From NCBI GenBank assembly GCA_965202585.1, contig OZ241826.1, positions 64,356,001-64,420,000 on the forward strand: DNA of 64,000 bases, in the 5' to 3' direction. A program made the translations under genes and the position numbers. Below are positions 1-13,755 of the stretch, piece by piece; the first letter of the stretch is position 1; each line of letters begins with the position of its first letter. This stretch comes from Thalia democratica (taxonomy: Eukaryota). The notes under the pieces were generated by a model that worked only from the letters and a program-made list of their open reading frames with translations, did no database searches and had not been told where the DNA came from.

Positions 1-1110
1 GGTTGTAATATAATAAACTATATTTGAAAGAAACCTGCATAATATTCTTTCACATAACTTAATTTTTAAGTTACTTGTTTTCTAGAAAATGTTTTACTTT
101 TTGACCTTTTCTTTCTGTTTTACAATGACATGAATAGAAAATAACAGTGTTTTTAAATAGTTAATTGCAAAAAAATAATAAAATTAAAACTTTTTAGGAC
201 TTAAAAATTATGAAAAGTATTTTATACAAGGTGTTAAAAGACTAAAAAATTTTGTTTTCAAAAATCGGCCATACAAATGTACTTTAGATACTATTAGGGT
301 TTGATTCTAAAAGCGTTATCTAACTTAACTTTTTTTTTCTTAGTAACGTTTGTATAAAATGCTTTCTTTACATTTCTTATCAAATTTTTCTACCTTTTTA
401 TAAATACACTTTTCTTTTTCTTTTTACATAATAAATAAGTAGCTGTTACTTTAAGTCCTTTACAAGTTTTTGAAATTAATAATTAATTCCAAGCTTGAAA
501 TATTTTTAATTAAAACAAACAAGTTTTTAAATTAAGAATTTTAGGCAGTTTAGTAGTTAATCACTACTAACAGTTAGAAGTTATAAGTACTTATTATACA
601 CATTATTTTTTATATTTACGTTAGTAAAACTAAGAATAACTATTTAATTTTAAATTGTTGACGACGACAATGCATTTTTTAAATATTTCATAATTATTTA
701 TAGTTTTATGGGTTTCACTGCTTTAGACCAAATAACCTTTACAAACTTTTCTAAATTATCTACCCATAGACTTAACGCATTTTTAGATTAAAAAATAAAA
801 ACAAAGTAAAAAATTTTGACCAAAATACTTCTATAGTTTTTTTTTATTTTAATTTCAAATAATAAATAAAAATTTCAAATGAATACCTAGATTTAAAAGA
901 AATAAGAAAGATTATGATATACTTTTTCAAAAGCGGTATTCAGTTTTTTGTAATTTCTGATAAATCTTACCAAGAGAAAAATGTACTAAAATATTTTTTA
1001 ACAATTAGACCAGAAATAAACTTTGTTATTTAGAAAAATATCGTCAACAATTAGTTCAAACGAGCTTTATTTAGATAATCAATTAGTTTGTTCTAAAATT
1101 TACACTGTTT

Positions 1111-1360
1111 TTAACAAGGTACAGTTTTCTTAAATGTAATTTTATACTTCCAATTACCAAATGAATTCAAAACACTTATTTCAGGTGTTTCTGGTAGCTT
1201 TCTGTGGTTTAAGTTTAGTTCAATGTATTTTTTATCTTTGAAATCAAGGTTTCTATGAGGAGTCATATATGAGGAATGGTTAGTTGCTTCATTGGGTATG
1301 ATATAGCTAGTTTCTTCGTTTTTTTTCGGTTGTATCTTTTTACTTTTCTTAAACATTTCT
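1111..1360 (-). CDS. Probable terminal coding exon of an unidentified minus-strand gene (basic N-terminal part, Tyr-containing motifs)
   Basis: Acceptor ttattttaag at 1361-1370 (minus) precedes an open frame EMFKKSKK...SYMTPH...YIELNLNHRKLPETPE...TVPC*, 250 nt open in very AT-rich DNA. Upstream exons not identified. Confidence 0.45.
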
Positions 1361-2358
1361 CTTAAAATAAAAATTTATTCTTTAAATTTTCTAATGCTGA
1401 AAAAATATTTAAAATTTTTAAGATGAATAAATCTTCTAAAAAAGTGTAATTTGTTATATGTAAAATAAAATTAATTTTCACAATTTTAATTATTCATTAG
1501 ATAAAATGTTTCATTAATGTTTATTTACAAGTTTTACTTTTCTTCGATATAGCTCATTGATAAATTACTTTAATAGTTGTATTCATAGCAGCCTTAATCT
1601 TTATTATTAGTTATTATTAGTTATTTTTTTTATTATGTATCTAAATATAGTTTGTAAACATATTTTGTTTTTAAGAATATAGATACTTTGATAACCAAGT
1701 TGTCTGTTTTGTTTACAAAAGACTTTTTTAAATCTAGCAAATTTGTTTGCCTGAAGAGGGTCATAGTTAAAATTAATATGTTGAACAGCGTAAAAAAATA
1801 TAAAAATACTTATAAGCGAGTTTAGTTAAATGAATAAAGATCCTATGAATAATAAATTTAAAAAAAAGTTACTAAATCATTTTTCATTTTACATAGTAGC
1901 CATTCTCAGTTTTTTTTACATTTAACAGTATGAGCCTCATTAAACTGTATTTTAATTTTAAAACTTGTGTTCATTTTCATAAGTTAAGTAAGTACAGACT
2001 ATTAAAGTGTATCTAATGATTTTAATTCTAAAAAATATTTTAAAAAATTTTGTGAAAGCAAATACTTACTTTATTTAATAAGGTAAACATATTGACTAAA
2101 AACTATTACTAGAAACGTTTTCTGTGTACAACTTTAGAAAAACTCCTCACACTAAAAAATTACATTGCACACAATTTTTAAATTTTTTTAAACGATTTCA
2201 AATGACTTTCTTAACTAAAATTTAGTTTTAAAACAACACAAAAGTTTTATAATGCCAACACAAATAGAAACATACTATTAAAGAGCTGTTGTTTTTTATC
2301 ATAATTTAAGCGCTTATTTCGTGGACAAGGCTTTAGACTGTATCTTTGTAGTATGAAT

Positions 2359-5300
2359 CAGGGGCATGTTTTGACTGGTTTCCTGTTTCGTATGAACCCC
2401 CTGAAAAAAAATCTTAGAATATCACTAAAAACGTTGTTTATTGACTCTTTTTTGGTTATTTGATAAACTTTGAATAATGAATGTTGAATTTATAACAGTG
2501 AAAGATTATAAGTTTCCGTAACAAAAAATTCTTGTTTTCGCCCAGCTGAAATAGATTTCAAATAAAACTTTGATTGTGACGGGATAATAAGTAAAAGTTT
2601 TAAAGTAGCATTTTTTTTTGGAAACTTTTTACTAAGATGCTATTAGTTCCCATTATAAACTCTTACTTAGTGTAAATAACTTTGGATTAATTATTGTTTT
2701 TCAAGTAGTAAGTACAATTTTACTTAAAAAATGTCCAATATAATCACAAAAGTTTTATTTTACTTGGTTGATTGTGTATAATGTTGTGTGAAGCTTTTGT
2801 ACTTGAAAATTTATATTTTTTGTTTATGTGTCAACCAAACCAACTGAATTTAAACCTTGAAAAGTTTAATTCAGAGAGTTTTCAAAATCATTTTCAGACC
2901 ACTACACCACCTGGCAATTTATTCTTTTGTCATTTAATGGTATTTTGATATTTTTATTTAAGTTTTTTTATTTTTGTATATCTGTTGGCCACAAAATTGA
3001 TTCTTGATTTTTTGAAATTTTCAACTCAAAGAGATTTCAAAACCATCATTAGAATCCCTGCACCATCAGGCAAACATTTAATTATAATCTAAATATATTT
3101 TAATTAAATTGTTTAAGTCTATGAACTTTTTTTTAGTGAAATTTCAAATTTTATAGATTAAATTACTTGAAAAAATTATTTTTGTTATAAGTAGATACAT
3201 TTACATAAAGATAAATACATACTGCACTGGGCATGACGTTAAACTATTCTGGAGTATGACTTGATAACCGAAAGGTTTTTTCGTGCACCAGGTCCTTGGA
3301 CTAAACTTTTTGAGCGTTTTTTGTCGTTCAATAAACAGTATAAATAATTCAATAACTGAAAGGTTTTTTCGTGCACCATGTCCTAGAACCAGGGGTGTTG
3401 TGTTGGCACACTGGAACTGTTGTTCCACGTAGTCAATAAAAAAAAGAAAGAAAATGAAATTTTCCATCAATTTCAGACTTTTAGCCGTTTTTATCGAATT
3501 CAATTATAAATTTGATTATTTTTCTAGTTTTTATATTCAACCTTCAAATACTAGTAAAATTAGAGCTGCATACTCAATCTGTGTCAACTGCATTTTAAAC
3601 ATTTACAAATTTTCCATACAAAAAGTAGTTGAAAAGCTCAATTTTAGAGCTGCAATGAACTGCACTACTGCGTAAATTAAAAACAAAATTAACAATACGC
3701 ATTGAAAAATGTATTGATTGTAAACAAACTTAATATATACTTAATGTAAAGTTTACACTTTGAGTTGAATGTTGCAAGATAAAAATCCAATAGTCAACAC
3801 GCATACAACAAAAACAAAACTATCAAACCCAAAAAGTATAAAAAGTTCTTAAAAAGCATTGTTATTAGAAATTACAAACTTGATAGTTTTGTGTGTGTTT
3901 TATTGATATTAGTTTAAGTAACTTTTCTTAGAAAGATAACCATATTTTTCACATTGTTATTTTTGTATTTCAGAACACCTTAAAGTATTCATATAAAATA
4001 AAGGCTACCTTTTTTTGTTTAAACATAACACTTGGATTTTTAAAAAGATTAATTATTTTTGTTTCTGGATATTTCTTACTATTTAAATAAGCAGTATGTA
4101 GCTAACAAGTTACATGCAAGTTTTGAATGTGTTTGCCCTACATTGATAATACAAATTGTGTACAAAAAAAAACATTTCAAGACTCAAATTAAGTTTGGCA
4201 TTCACTTAGTAGGAGTGAAAAAAGATTAAATAAAGGTAAGGTTAGATCAACAACCTTTTATGATTTAAAGTCATGAGTGTGGTGTTGAATTGTGGTGTGA
4301 TGGTGAATATTTTTTTGAATTTTATTTATAAACCTTTAGCTAGCCTACAAATTCGTTTTAACGATTTTTTAAATTCAAACTAACCATTTAGATAAGGCCA
4401 GTCAGAGTAAGAATCTATTAATGGATGGAAAAACTTAAACTATTATAAAAATTACCTTTTTTTTTATATTTAAACTAGTAATCATGTTTTTGTCATTTTT
4501 TTGATGTTTAACACCTAACATAAGGAAACTGCTAATGTTTATGTATTTTTAAATTCTGATCAAAATACATATTTTATAAGAATTTAGATACTGTTTATGA
4601 ATGGTATATGGGTTGAATATAAATTTAAGCTTATACTACAGCATTGGTTAAATAAGTTATTAAAGATTAATATCATTATGTAGACTTTTAACTAAACTAC
4701 AACTTGTTTAAACTGCTCTTTTGAACTAATTTCTTCATATAGCTGGTTAAAATTGGAGCGCTCAAAGTTTTCATTATGTGTGGGAAATTTAAAATTTTCC
4801 AAACAAAAATATTTGGTATATTTCTCTAATTTAATTTTTCAAGCCAATCCATTTAATTTTAATGATATACACACTTACACAGAAAAATAAAAGCATGTTT
4901 TAAAAGTTAAAAAAATAGTTCGAAAATTAATAAGATGATAGATAAATCTTATACTTCAACTTATATCAACCTTTATTTCAAATCACAATTTTCATGCATT
5001 TATTTTAAACAAAAAAAATATTAAAAATTAAGTTTTTGGAAAGGTTGTTTAACTGTTTTTGTTGTTGATTTATAGTAATTTGCTTCATTTTTTTTTTTTT
5101 TTGAAATTGGTTTTATGTCTTTAAAAACAAGCTACCATCTGATTTTTACTGATTTCATAACATTTAAGTTTTCACTCTCTCTTATCATATCATAAATATT
5201 TATTTAAATTAATTGTTAGATTAAAAATACCTTTGTCTCCTTAATGATTAGGTATAAATGTTTATAGGTTGTTTCACAAATTTTAGTTTTGTTAGTTTGA

Positions 5301-5477
5301 AAATATTTTACTATTTTATAGGTTTTGCTTTGTTTGTTAATTTTGTATGTTAAAATAAATTTTCATTTAACTTAATTTATTATTTAAAGATTTTAGTGAT
5401 ATTCTAAGATTTTTTTTTCCTTTTTTCCTTTTTTTTTTTCAGGGGGTTCACAGGAAACCAGTCAAAACACGCCCCTG
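2359..5477. mobile_element. Putative non-autonomous hAT-like element bounded by ~45-bp TIRs
   Basis: CAGGGGCATGTTTTGACTGGTTTCCTG...GAACCCCCCTGAAAA at 2359 is the reverse complement of the sequence ending at 5477 (...CAGGAAACCAGTCAAAACACGCCCCTG). Flanks gtatgaat/gtgcaaat match at 5 of 8 positions (possible decayed 8-bp TSD). No transposase ORF inside. Confidence 0.45.
3225..3340 (+). mobile_element. MITE family R1 arm (partial tandem copy follows at ~3350-3390)
   Basis: gataaccgaaaggttttttcgtgcaccaggtcc...gagcgttttttgtcgttcaataaacag|ta; same motif recurs at ~5.8, 6.1, 15.5, 22.9, 23.2, 32.7 and 57.7 kb. Confidence 0.7.
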
Positions 5478-6009
5478 GTGCAAATACAGAAACATAAATG
5501 GATATAATTTTTATAAAAAAGTATCTATAGTTGTTGAGAAAGGGTGATATTATATAAAGGTTAGAGATAGATTTATATATATATTTATCATTTAATATTT
5601 TATTTAAGATTTATTTAAACAAATATGTTTAAGCTTTTTTTTTGTAAAGTTTTCTCTTTTTTATACTATTTTATGACTTTTAACTAAATGTTTCAAACTT
5701 GGGGATTTTTTAATTTGACTATGTCAATCTGCAGCACCCCCTAACAAAAAGACCACGCAACGCCACTGCCTAGAACCATATATTTTAAGCGCTTTTTTTT
5801 TGTCGTTCAATAAACTTTAAAAAAAACAAAGTTTTTTTCAAGCCTTTAAAGAAAACGTTTTTAATACAAGGGAAAATATTACATGAAGCCTGATACTTCG
5901 TTACTAGTGTTATACAAATGTTAATGTGCTTTACCATCAAAGTGTTCTTAATCTGAAAATTAGAATAGATTTCAAGTTTTTATAATGAATGTAATAATAG
6001 CTATAGGTC

Positions 6010-6140
6010 CTGGACAATATATAGACCTATAGGTTAAACTGTACCCAAGTAGTGAAAGACTAAATAACCAAAAGGTTTCTTCTTACACCAGGTCTTTAAA
6101 TCAAATAATTTGAACGCTTTTTTGTCGTTAAATAAACTAC
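6010..6140 (+). mobile_element. MITE family R1 arm, diverged
   Basis: aataaccaaaaggtttctcttacaccaggtc...gaacgctttttgtcgttaaataaac aligns by eye with the R1 arm. Confidence 0.6.
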
Positions 6141-9100
6141 ATATAAGTCTTATAGTCATAAAATTTTATTTTCTTATTTAATAAAATTTATATTTTGATT
6201 GAAATAAACTTTACATTAAAACATAGTGCAGTAAAATAGCTTTTAAAATTTTTATATTTTGGCCCAACCTTTTCTATCTAATTTGAAAATGAAATTAAAT
6301 TTTGACAAAACAACTAGTAAGCTAACACTGAAATATTTGTTTAAATAAATACTAAAAATTTAGTACACAAAGCTAGTTTTAACTAAAACTTAGATTACAG
6401 TAAAAAAAAACTTTTTTAAAATCAATTAAAGCTTTTTCAAAATCTTTTTTTTTTTGAAAAAAATAGTCTTACATTTTTTCCGGTGCACATCTTATTTAAA
6501 GATACAACTACACACATCTTATTGTTATATACTCAAGTATTTTTGACTAAGATCTATCAAAAACTGTATTTTAATAATTTAAAATAACGTACAACCATAA
6601 ACAACAATGTGCAAAAATCATCGTTAGGTTTTATTTAATTTTTCACATTTCTAAAGACCTTTTTCAGCTAAAAATCAAAATAATAAACTTAAACTATCTT
6701 GTTCTATGACATGAATATCACTTGTATTTATATTTTTTAACTTTAGTAGTATATTACTACGTTTTAAGTACGTAAACAAATCATGATCGTTGTCAGAGGG
6801 ATAGTTACATTTAAAAATTACTTCTTAATCTAAATATGTAAAGCAAACTATCTTTACTTGCTTAAACTATATTTAAGTTATATTTCAAACAACTATTTCT
6901 GTAAGCAAATTATATTGTAATTTATTGACTTATAGTTTCACTGCTCTTATTTTATGACTCAACAGAGTCAGTAAAAACTAACGTACTTTAAAAAAGGATG
7001 AAAAGTTATGTAAATATTTTTTAGATATACATACTATAAAAGTACAACTTTTATTAAGAACTTAGCTATAAGATTATAACTAAAAATAAAAAATGAGGCT
7101 AAAATATAATAATTAAATGTTTTATTCAAGAACAACAGTATAACTTTTTAAAGAACTTGTTTAAGGTGTAAACTGCTATACTATAAAACAATTGTAAAAC
7201 AAAAGATTAGAACTTTTGGGTATTACTTATATTTAGCTATACTCAAGTAACATTTTTATTAACACTACTAGCTTTTTCTCAACTTAAAACTCTTTATAAT
7301 AGATATTATCTCATTAATTTGTATTTCAAACCAGACAAAACTGTTAAATAATTTTTTGGTACCATTGACAGAAGTTATATAATCAACACATGTTCCCAGT
7401 AAATATATTTCAAAGTTTTGCAACTACTATATAGCCTAACGACTCCATGATCTTTTAGACAAATTTTAAGTTTTAGAAAAAAATGAAATGCTTTTTTAGT
7501 AGTTGTGTTCGATTAAACGTTAGTATTAATAACATGATCAGTTTTAATTGAAAGTATAACAATGAACAAAAAAATTTAAATTGAAGCAACTTGAATTAAA
7601 AAAATATCATTCTAAAAAGTATGTGTAAATCTATTTTTAAACAACCAAAAATTAGTTAAGTAATTTTTTTTGGCATTAGAACAAGCATTAACATTGTATC
7701 ATACTTCCATGATTGTTCTTTTATAATGTTACGTTTACCAATTTACTAAATAAATTAAAAATAACTAGTATTGGGATGTTATTTTCATACGTTTTGGAAA
7801 ATGGTTTTGATTTTATTATCTATAATATATATTATCTTTAGTAATTTATTACATTAGTAAGAATTAGATTACACTGGTCCAGTCTCGATTTAAGTTTTTT
7901 TTTTCTTATATGTTTGATTGTTATTAAAATTTATAGTTTAATAGTTAAAAATAAACTACTTTTATTTAAGTTAAAATTTTTGCCTAAGTTTATAATTTTT
8001 AAGCAGGTTATATCTACCATTTAAATCTCATTGTTTATAATTTAAAACTATCAATATGTTAAAAGTCTAGTTTGTTTTTTCCTATTTGAATTTTTTTAAG
8101 AGCAGTTTTTTAGCTTATTAATATAACAAACTGAGTTTGTAAATGATGTGCAGCTCGTTGACTAAAGATCGTTGATATCTTTTTCATTTCCAATAAACAT
8201 TACTTTTTATGCATTTATTTCATTATATATACATAAATATATTTATAGAAGATCTATTTTATTTACTCATCTTTAGCGGTAAAAAAATTCGAGAATGCTG
8301 TAAACATATAACGGGTATTTAAAAAATAGTAAATAAACTTTTGATAACGGAAAAGAACATTTCTTAGCCGTTTACTACTCAATTAAAAGCAAAAAACATT
8401 TATTTTCACAAAATTCGACATGTGATCAAATAGATTTTTATCAAATGCACTTACTCAATTGCAACCGTACTCTTGAGAAGTGTATTTATTTAGTAGTATA
8501 TAAAGTGCAACTCAGTTGAACGAAATTGTAAGTGTGTTTTTAGTTTAACAAACCGCTGTTTGAACGCGCATAGATAGTGAAACTTTTATTGCAAGAATTA
8601 AAATAATTTTCACTTACAAAATACTGTTGTTCATATTAAGTATTTAAATATTAACTTATCTTAAAAGCTTTATTTTGTATTAATAAGTTCATTTTGAAAT
8701 AAGTTTGTTGTACATTAGCTTCATTGAAATTTTTGAATACTAAAACAATTTAATTTGTTTTTAATATTGTTAAAGTGTTACGAAACAATGTATATGATTT
8801 TTAAATGTCTGTAAATAATTAAAATTTTTATACTGAAAATTACTAGAAATAAGATTATTTTATTGCAGTTAAAAACTATAAAATAGTTAATCTTATACCT
8901 TTTCTAGAAAAGTTAATACTTTACTAAAAACTTTTGACTTTAAAATAAACTAACTCAAGTTAAAAAACAAAGTGATTCACGTTATTCAGATCTATATGGC
9001 TTTACTTCGAACATTTTAGCTAAATTAACCTAGGTTTCATCTAACGCCATAATCTATAAAGTGTTTATAAGCATGTTTTAAATAAACTTTTTACAAAAAA

Positions 9101-9147
9101 TAAATAAACGATGGTTTAAAAATCCACAAGTTTAATGCAACATTTTT

Positions 9148-9185
9148 TTCAAGTTAATTTCGGACAACAGTCCTTCATCAGTGAA
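9148..9185 (-). ncRNA. Degenerate minimal hammerhead ribozyme motif
   Basis: Minus strand: TTCA CTGATGA A GGAC-tgtt-GTCC GAA ATTAAC T TGAA. Core CUGAUGA and GAAA, perfect stem II and 4-bp stem I; the stem III/NUH region is imperfect. Confidence 0.55.
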
Positions 9186-12100
9186 CTTTAAACTAGTAGA
9201 ACTCTTTAAACCGATTTGCAAATTATATATAAATCTTGTTTAAATAAACTTAAAAGTAAAAAAAATATTAGAAAACTATTGCTACTAACTTAAATTTAAA
9301 AAATTAAATTTATTTGAAAAAAAGTTTACAAAAGTTATCAGCACTAAAACTAGTATTATGATAATTTTTTTAATACGATAATATTTATTTTGATATTAGT
9401 AAGAGCTTTCAATATACTTTCTTTTAACGATTATTTTTAGTTGCTAGTGTTAGTTATAAAAAAATATACGTAAACTATATTTTTAGACAAAACTTTCATT
9501 CAATAAGTGTTTGTTTGTACTGCATTTAATTTTATTATGCCTCAGTTACAAAATAAAGTTTTATTTTTGTTAGAAAAGCTTTAATGGAAATCTAAATACT
9601 TTAAAATAACTTAATTAGGCTCAAAGTAAGCAGTAATTTCTTCTTTATATCATTACAAAAATTTTAAATATCTAAAACCATCTTTTTACAACACAGTATG
9701 TTTGATAAGGACAAAATATTTTTTATGTTATAATCAAATAAAAGTTATCAATATTTTTCCTCTCAGGTTTTATTGTATTATTCATCACTAATATATAAAC
9801 AAACCATTAAGGTAATATAAAAGAATTAAGAAAGATTTGTAAGTTGTGAGTTTATAGTTATAGTATATATACATACAGCAGTAAGTTTAATAGAGCAGAG
9901 ATTTTGAAACATTGTTCAATTGTTTATATTTTTAAATGTAAATCTCTAAAGAAATGACTCCCAATGTAAAATTGTGCACAGTGGGAAGTTTTAGCACACT
10001 AAATTATGAAGTATCAACTTTTATTAAAAATAAACGGTTAGAATCAAATAAAAATGACAAAATAAAACCACAATGAAACTTTATATAAGCTATTAAAACA
10101 CTAAAGAGGTTTCAAAATAGAACATATCATGTTTTGGAATTATATTACTTCTCTGTGCAAACTAAATTTAACTCTTAAAGTTTTTGAAAAATCTGAACAA
10201 AAAAAAGACTAATAACATATATTCTAAAAAGTTGTTTTTAATGCTGTCCTATATATTTTCTTCTATTTTTCTGAATACTAAAAAGTTTTTCACTAAATAT
10301 AAACAGAACGTATAATTATATATCTTAGTAACTTATTTTCCAAAAAAGGCTTACGTAACTTAGTATTTACATAATAAATTTAGCTAAAAAGGTTAGACTT
10401 TACACACGATATATATTTCGAGGATAGGATAATCATCTTTAAACACTACTTACTTTCAGGAGAATGTTATTTTCAAAGTTTAGTAGTACTATTTTTAAAC
10501 GGTGTTTTTATGTAATTTTTATTTTCACTTTCTATACCCACCACTTAAAGTTACCTATTCACAACAAAAATAAGTTACTTTGTAATCTACCACAAGAAAC
10601 AGATTACTTTAAAATACAAAGCTTTGTTCCTATTTTCATATGGTTAGATGTTTTATGTTATAGTATTTATAATACGATTAATAAAATATAGAAGTAGATT
10701 ACTTTAAAAAATGTATGCAATAACCTTAAGTTCTATTTTTTAAATAATCATGTGATTTACTTTACTAAAGTCCACTTGTATACACTTTTTGTTTATTACA
10801 AGTGTAAAACTTGTTTGCTTTGCGTTTTAACATAAAACTACAGGATATAAAAAAAATACAGTCAATTAAGTTGAACTTTTTGAATTTTATTGAAAAGCAA
10901 GTTTTGCTTAAGATTCGCTTGAAGGCGCTGTTTCTTCAGGTATATCATGCGCTTTAACGTGATAATGCTTTTTTTAAAGAGCACAAAAAGAGCATTTAAG
11001 CGCATGCTGTTTGTGAAATCAATGTTTACTTGTTCAAACTTTTCCAATACACTGTTTTTAAAAACTACTTCAACTTTGTTTTGTGGATATCTTTAGCCTG
11101 ACAGTTAAAGTTTTTAGAGAGTTACATAACTTTTTTTTAATGGTTTTGGTTATAAAATGCAAGTTTTAATATATGTTCATTTAGTTAGCTTTTTTTGATT
11201 ATTAAATATGTACGTATAACTCATAAAAACAATATTTTTACCTTTAGCTGTTCGTAAAACATACGAGAAATTGTATGCAAGACATAAAATAAAATAAGCA
11301 GTTTAGTTTAAGTTAAATTAATTAAAGGAATTTTAATAAGAAAAAACATTAAGTAATGATTTCTTAAACATTATCTAAAGCTACTTTAATATATAATATG
11401 AGAAAATTAAAAGAAGTCGGCGTACCTTTGTTAACTAATCGGATATGATCTTTATTTTTTTTCATTATGGCTTAAATTAATAGCATTTAGGTAGAATATA
11501 TATCTTCAATACTCGATTTTCTTATTTTGAAAACTCTCTTATTCTCATTGCTTTTAAAATGTTTTTGCTTTAATTTTTTTTTCAATCAAAGTTCGACGTT
11601 GTGGCTGTTATAAATAAAATATTAAATTTTATATTCTAAATTAAGTACTAATTTATCCTTTAAAAGTACCTAAAAGTTTATTACAACAATAAAAAATTGT
11701 TTATTATTGAAAAAAGTAATATGTGTAAATTTTATGTTATCAATTAAAGGTAAAAGCAATTGTAATTAGAACGGTTTTCATAATAAAGCAGTTTATTAAA
11801 ACTTAATGATATGCTTGTTTGTATTAGTTTTTAGATACTTTTAATTGTAAGGAGAATATTGTTTCAAACAAGTTTTTTTTTAGTTTAATAACTAAGGCTT
11901 AAACCTTGTTTTAACTCCAGGTTTTACTATATAATAAATAAAAAAAGTTAATAGTTACAAAATTAAGGTGTAATAAAACTAAAGTAATCATGAACAATGT
12001 TTATGATTAATAAAATTTGGACAACTTTTTTCCTGTGCATAACTTATTTAAAAAATATATCAAAACAAATTTCATTTTTTTCTTAAATTTGTTTGAGTAC

Positions 12101-12188
12101 ATACCTTCAAAGAAAGTTTTGTCAAAAATTGTGTCTTACTAAATTAAACTGAATTGAAGTTAAAATAAAACTTTTTTCCGGTGCATAA

Positions 12189-12867
12189 CTTACTAAAAAT
12201 ATATAACAGAATGCATTTCATTTTCTTTAAATTTATTTAAGTACTTTCAAGTAGGACTCGTCAGAAATTATTTTAAAGCTACTTTTAAGTGTGAAAAAGT
12301 GGTTTGATGGCCGTTCTGAGAAACCAACTAAAAAATACTTCTCGGCGATTGGGCAACATTTGTTGGACAATCCTGAGTGTGTGAAAAATTATAAAAAGGA
12401 CAATTTTTCAGTCTTAGTGAGAGCGGAGAACTCTTTTCAATTGCATATTCTGGAAGCCTTATGTATTCAATCTTTAAGGCCCAGTTTATGTAAGCAGAAA
12501 AAAATCGTTTACCAAACTAGACTTTTTAAATCCTTATATTAGTAATTTTAAAGTAATTAGTTTCTTGTTAAATTTTATTTTTAAGCATAGTTTTAATTTA
12601 AAATCTTTATCGCTTCTTTATTTAGATTGTTTTAATTCTACTAAGTTTTATTAGTATACCTAATTTGTTTAGCATTAGCACTTATTTAATTTTTAACATT
12701 TAATTATTACGTCATTTTATATCTTAAAACTTTAAACTGCAGTATAATTTTATTTCAATTTGTATTCATTCAAATCCAGTAGGAAACAATTTCTGACGAG
12801 TCCTATTTGAAAGTACTTAAATAAATTTAAAGAAAATGAAATGCTTTCTGTTATATATTTTTAGTAA
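12189..12867. repeat. ~80-bp inverted repeat (12189-12268 vs 12789-12867) bracketing PLE fragment A; a diverged direct copy lies at ~12020-12130
   Basis: tactaaaaatatataacaga...gtactttcaagtaggactcgtcagaaat is nearly identical to the reverse complement of 12789-12867. Confidence 0.85.
12290..12760 (+). mobile_element. Penelope-like element fragment A (C-terminal half of GIY-YIG endonuclease + 3' UTR)
   Basis: ORF 12291-12542 SAIGQHLLDNPECVKNY...FQLHILEALCIQSLRPSLCKQK is typical of the PLE GIY-YIG C-terminus; homologous to fragments B and C. Confidence 0.85.
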
Positions 12868-13755
12868 AATAAAACTATACTATAATTTAAAGTTTTAAAA
12901 TACAAAATGACGTAATAATCAAGTGTAAAACTTAATTAAATACTAATACTAAAGAACGTTGCTGTACTAATAAAACTCGTTAGATTAAAAACAAACTAAA
13001 ACAAACCAGCGATAAAAAATGAAAATAAAACTACACTTTGAAAAATATTTTACGAGAAACCAATTACTTTAAAATTACTTAATATAAGGATTAAAAAAGT
13101 CTAGTTTGGTAAACGAATTTTTTCTGCTTACATAAACTGGGCCTTGAAGATTGAATGCATAATGCTTCAAGAATATGAAGCTGAAAAGAGTTCTCCGCTC
13201 TCACTAAAATGAAAAGTTCTCTTTTTTTATATAATTTTTCGCACACTAATGGTTGTCCATTAACACAATCGCCGAGATTTTTTTTTTTTTCGTTGGTTTC
13301 TCCAAACGACCATCAAACCAGCTTTTCAGGATTTTTGTAACATTCTGATCGATTCTTACGTGAAACCTTTGAGATTTTTTTCCCACGTACTCACTACCAC
13401 AGTGACAACTAAATTTATAGATGATGTTACTTTTCTTTGGGTGGGAGAAACATCTTTGTAAATTCCACTTAGAGGTCGATCAGTATACAAAATTGCTCTT
13501 AAACGAACAGAGCTGAAAACCTGGTTTACTTCCTCAGAAATATTTCCAAGGTAAGAAAGTTTTAAGTACACTGGACACTTCTGAGGGCCAATCATTTTTA
13601 AAGCTCTTGAACTTCTTGCTCTTGTAATAACTTTCGAAACTAAGTTACCTGGATAACCAAGGGAAAGAAAAGTATTTTGAAGTATTTTTTTTTTGAACTC
13701 GCCTTCAAGATAGCAAAGAGAACAAAGCCTGGTGATAGGCTTCACTATACCTGTA
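12868..13755 (-). mobile_element. Penelope-like element fragment B (RT thumb/linker, GIY-YIG, 3' UTR), frameshifted
   Basis: RLCS...LGYP..LV...KCPVYLKLSYLG, then (frameshift) NIIYKFSCHCGSEYVGK...RFHVRIDQ, i.e. GIY/YIG-type motifs with CxC; 3' UTR colinear with A and C. Confidence 0.88.

Noticed and set aside
3201-3503. 100-aa ORF (and 22928-23131, 32683-32904) sharing PRTWCTKK-like peptides
   Set aside because: The shared peptide is simply the translation of the non-coding R1 MITE arm.
8780-8796. CGAAACAATGTA resembling hammerhead stem III + GUA
   Set aside because: No recognisable CUGANGA or stem II upstream.
12793-12803. CTGACGAGTCC as a hammerhead core (also reversed at ~12255-12265)
   Set aside because: No GGAC-GAAA partner follows, so stem II and the rest of the core cannot form.
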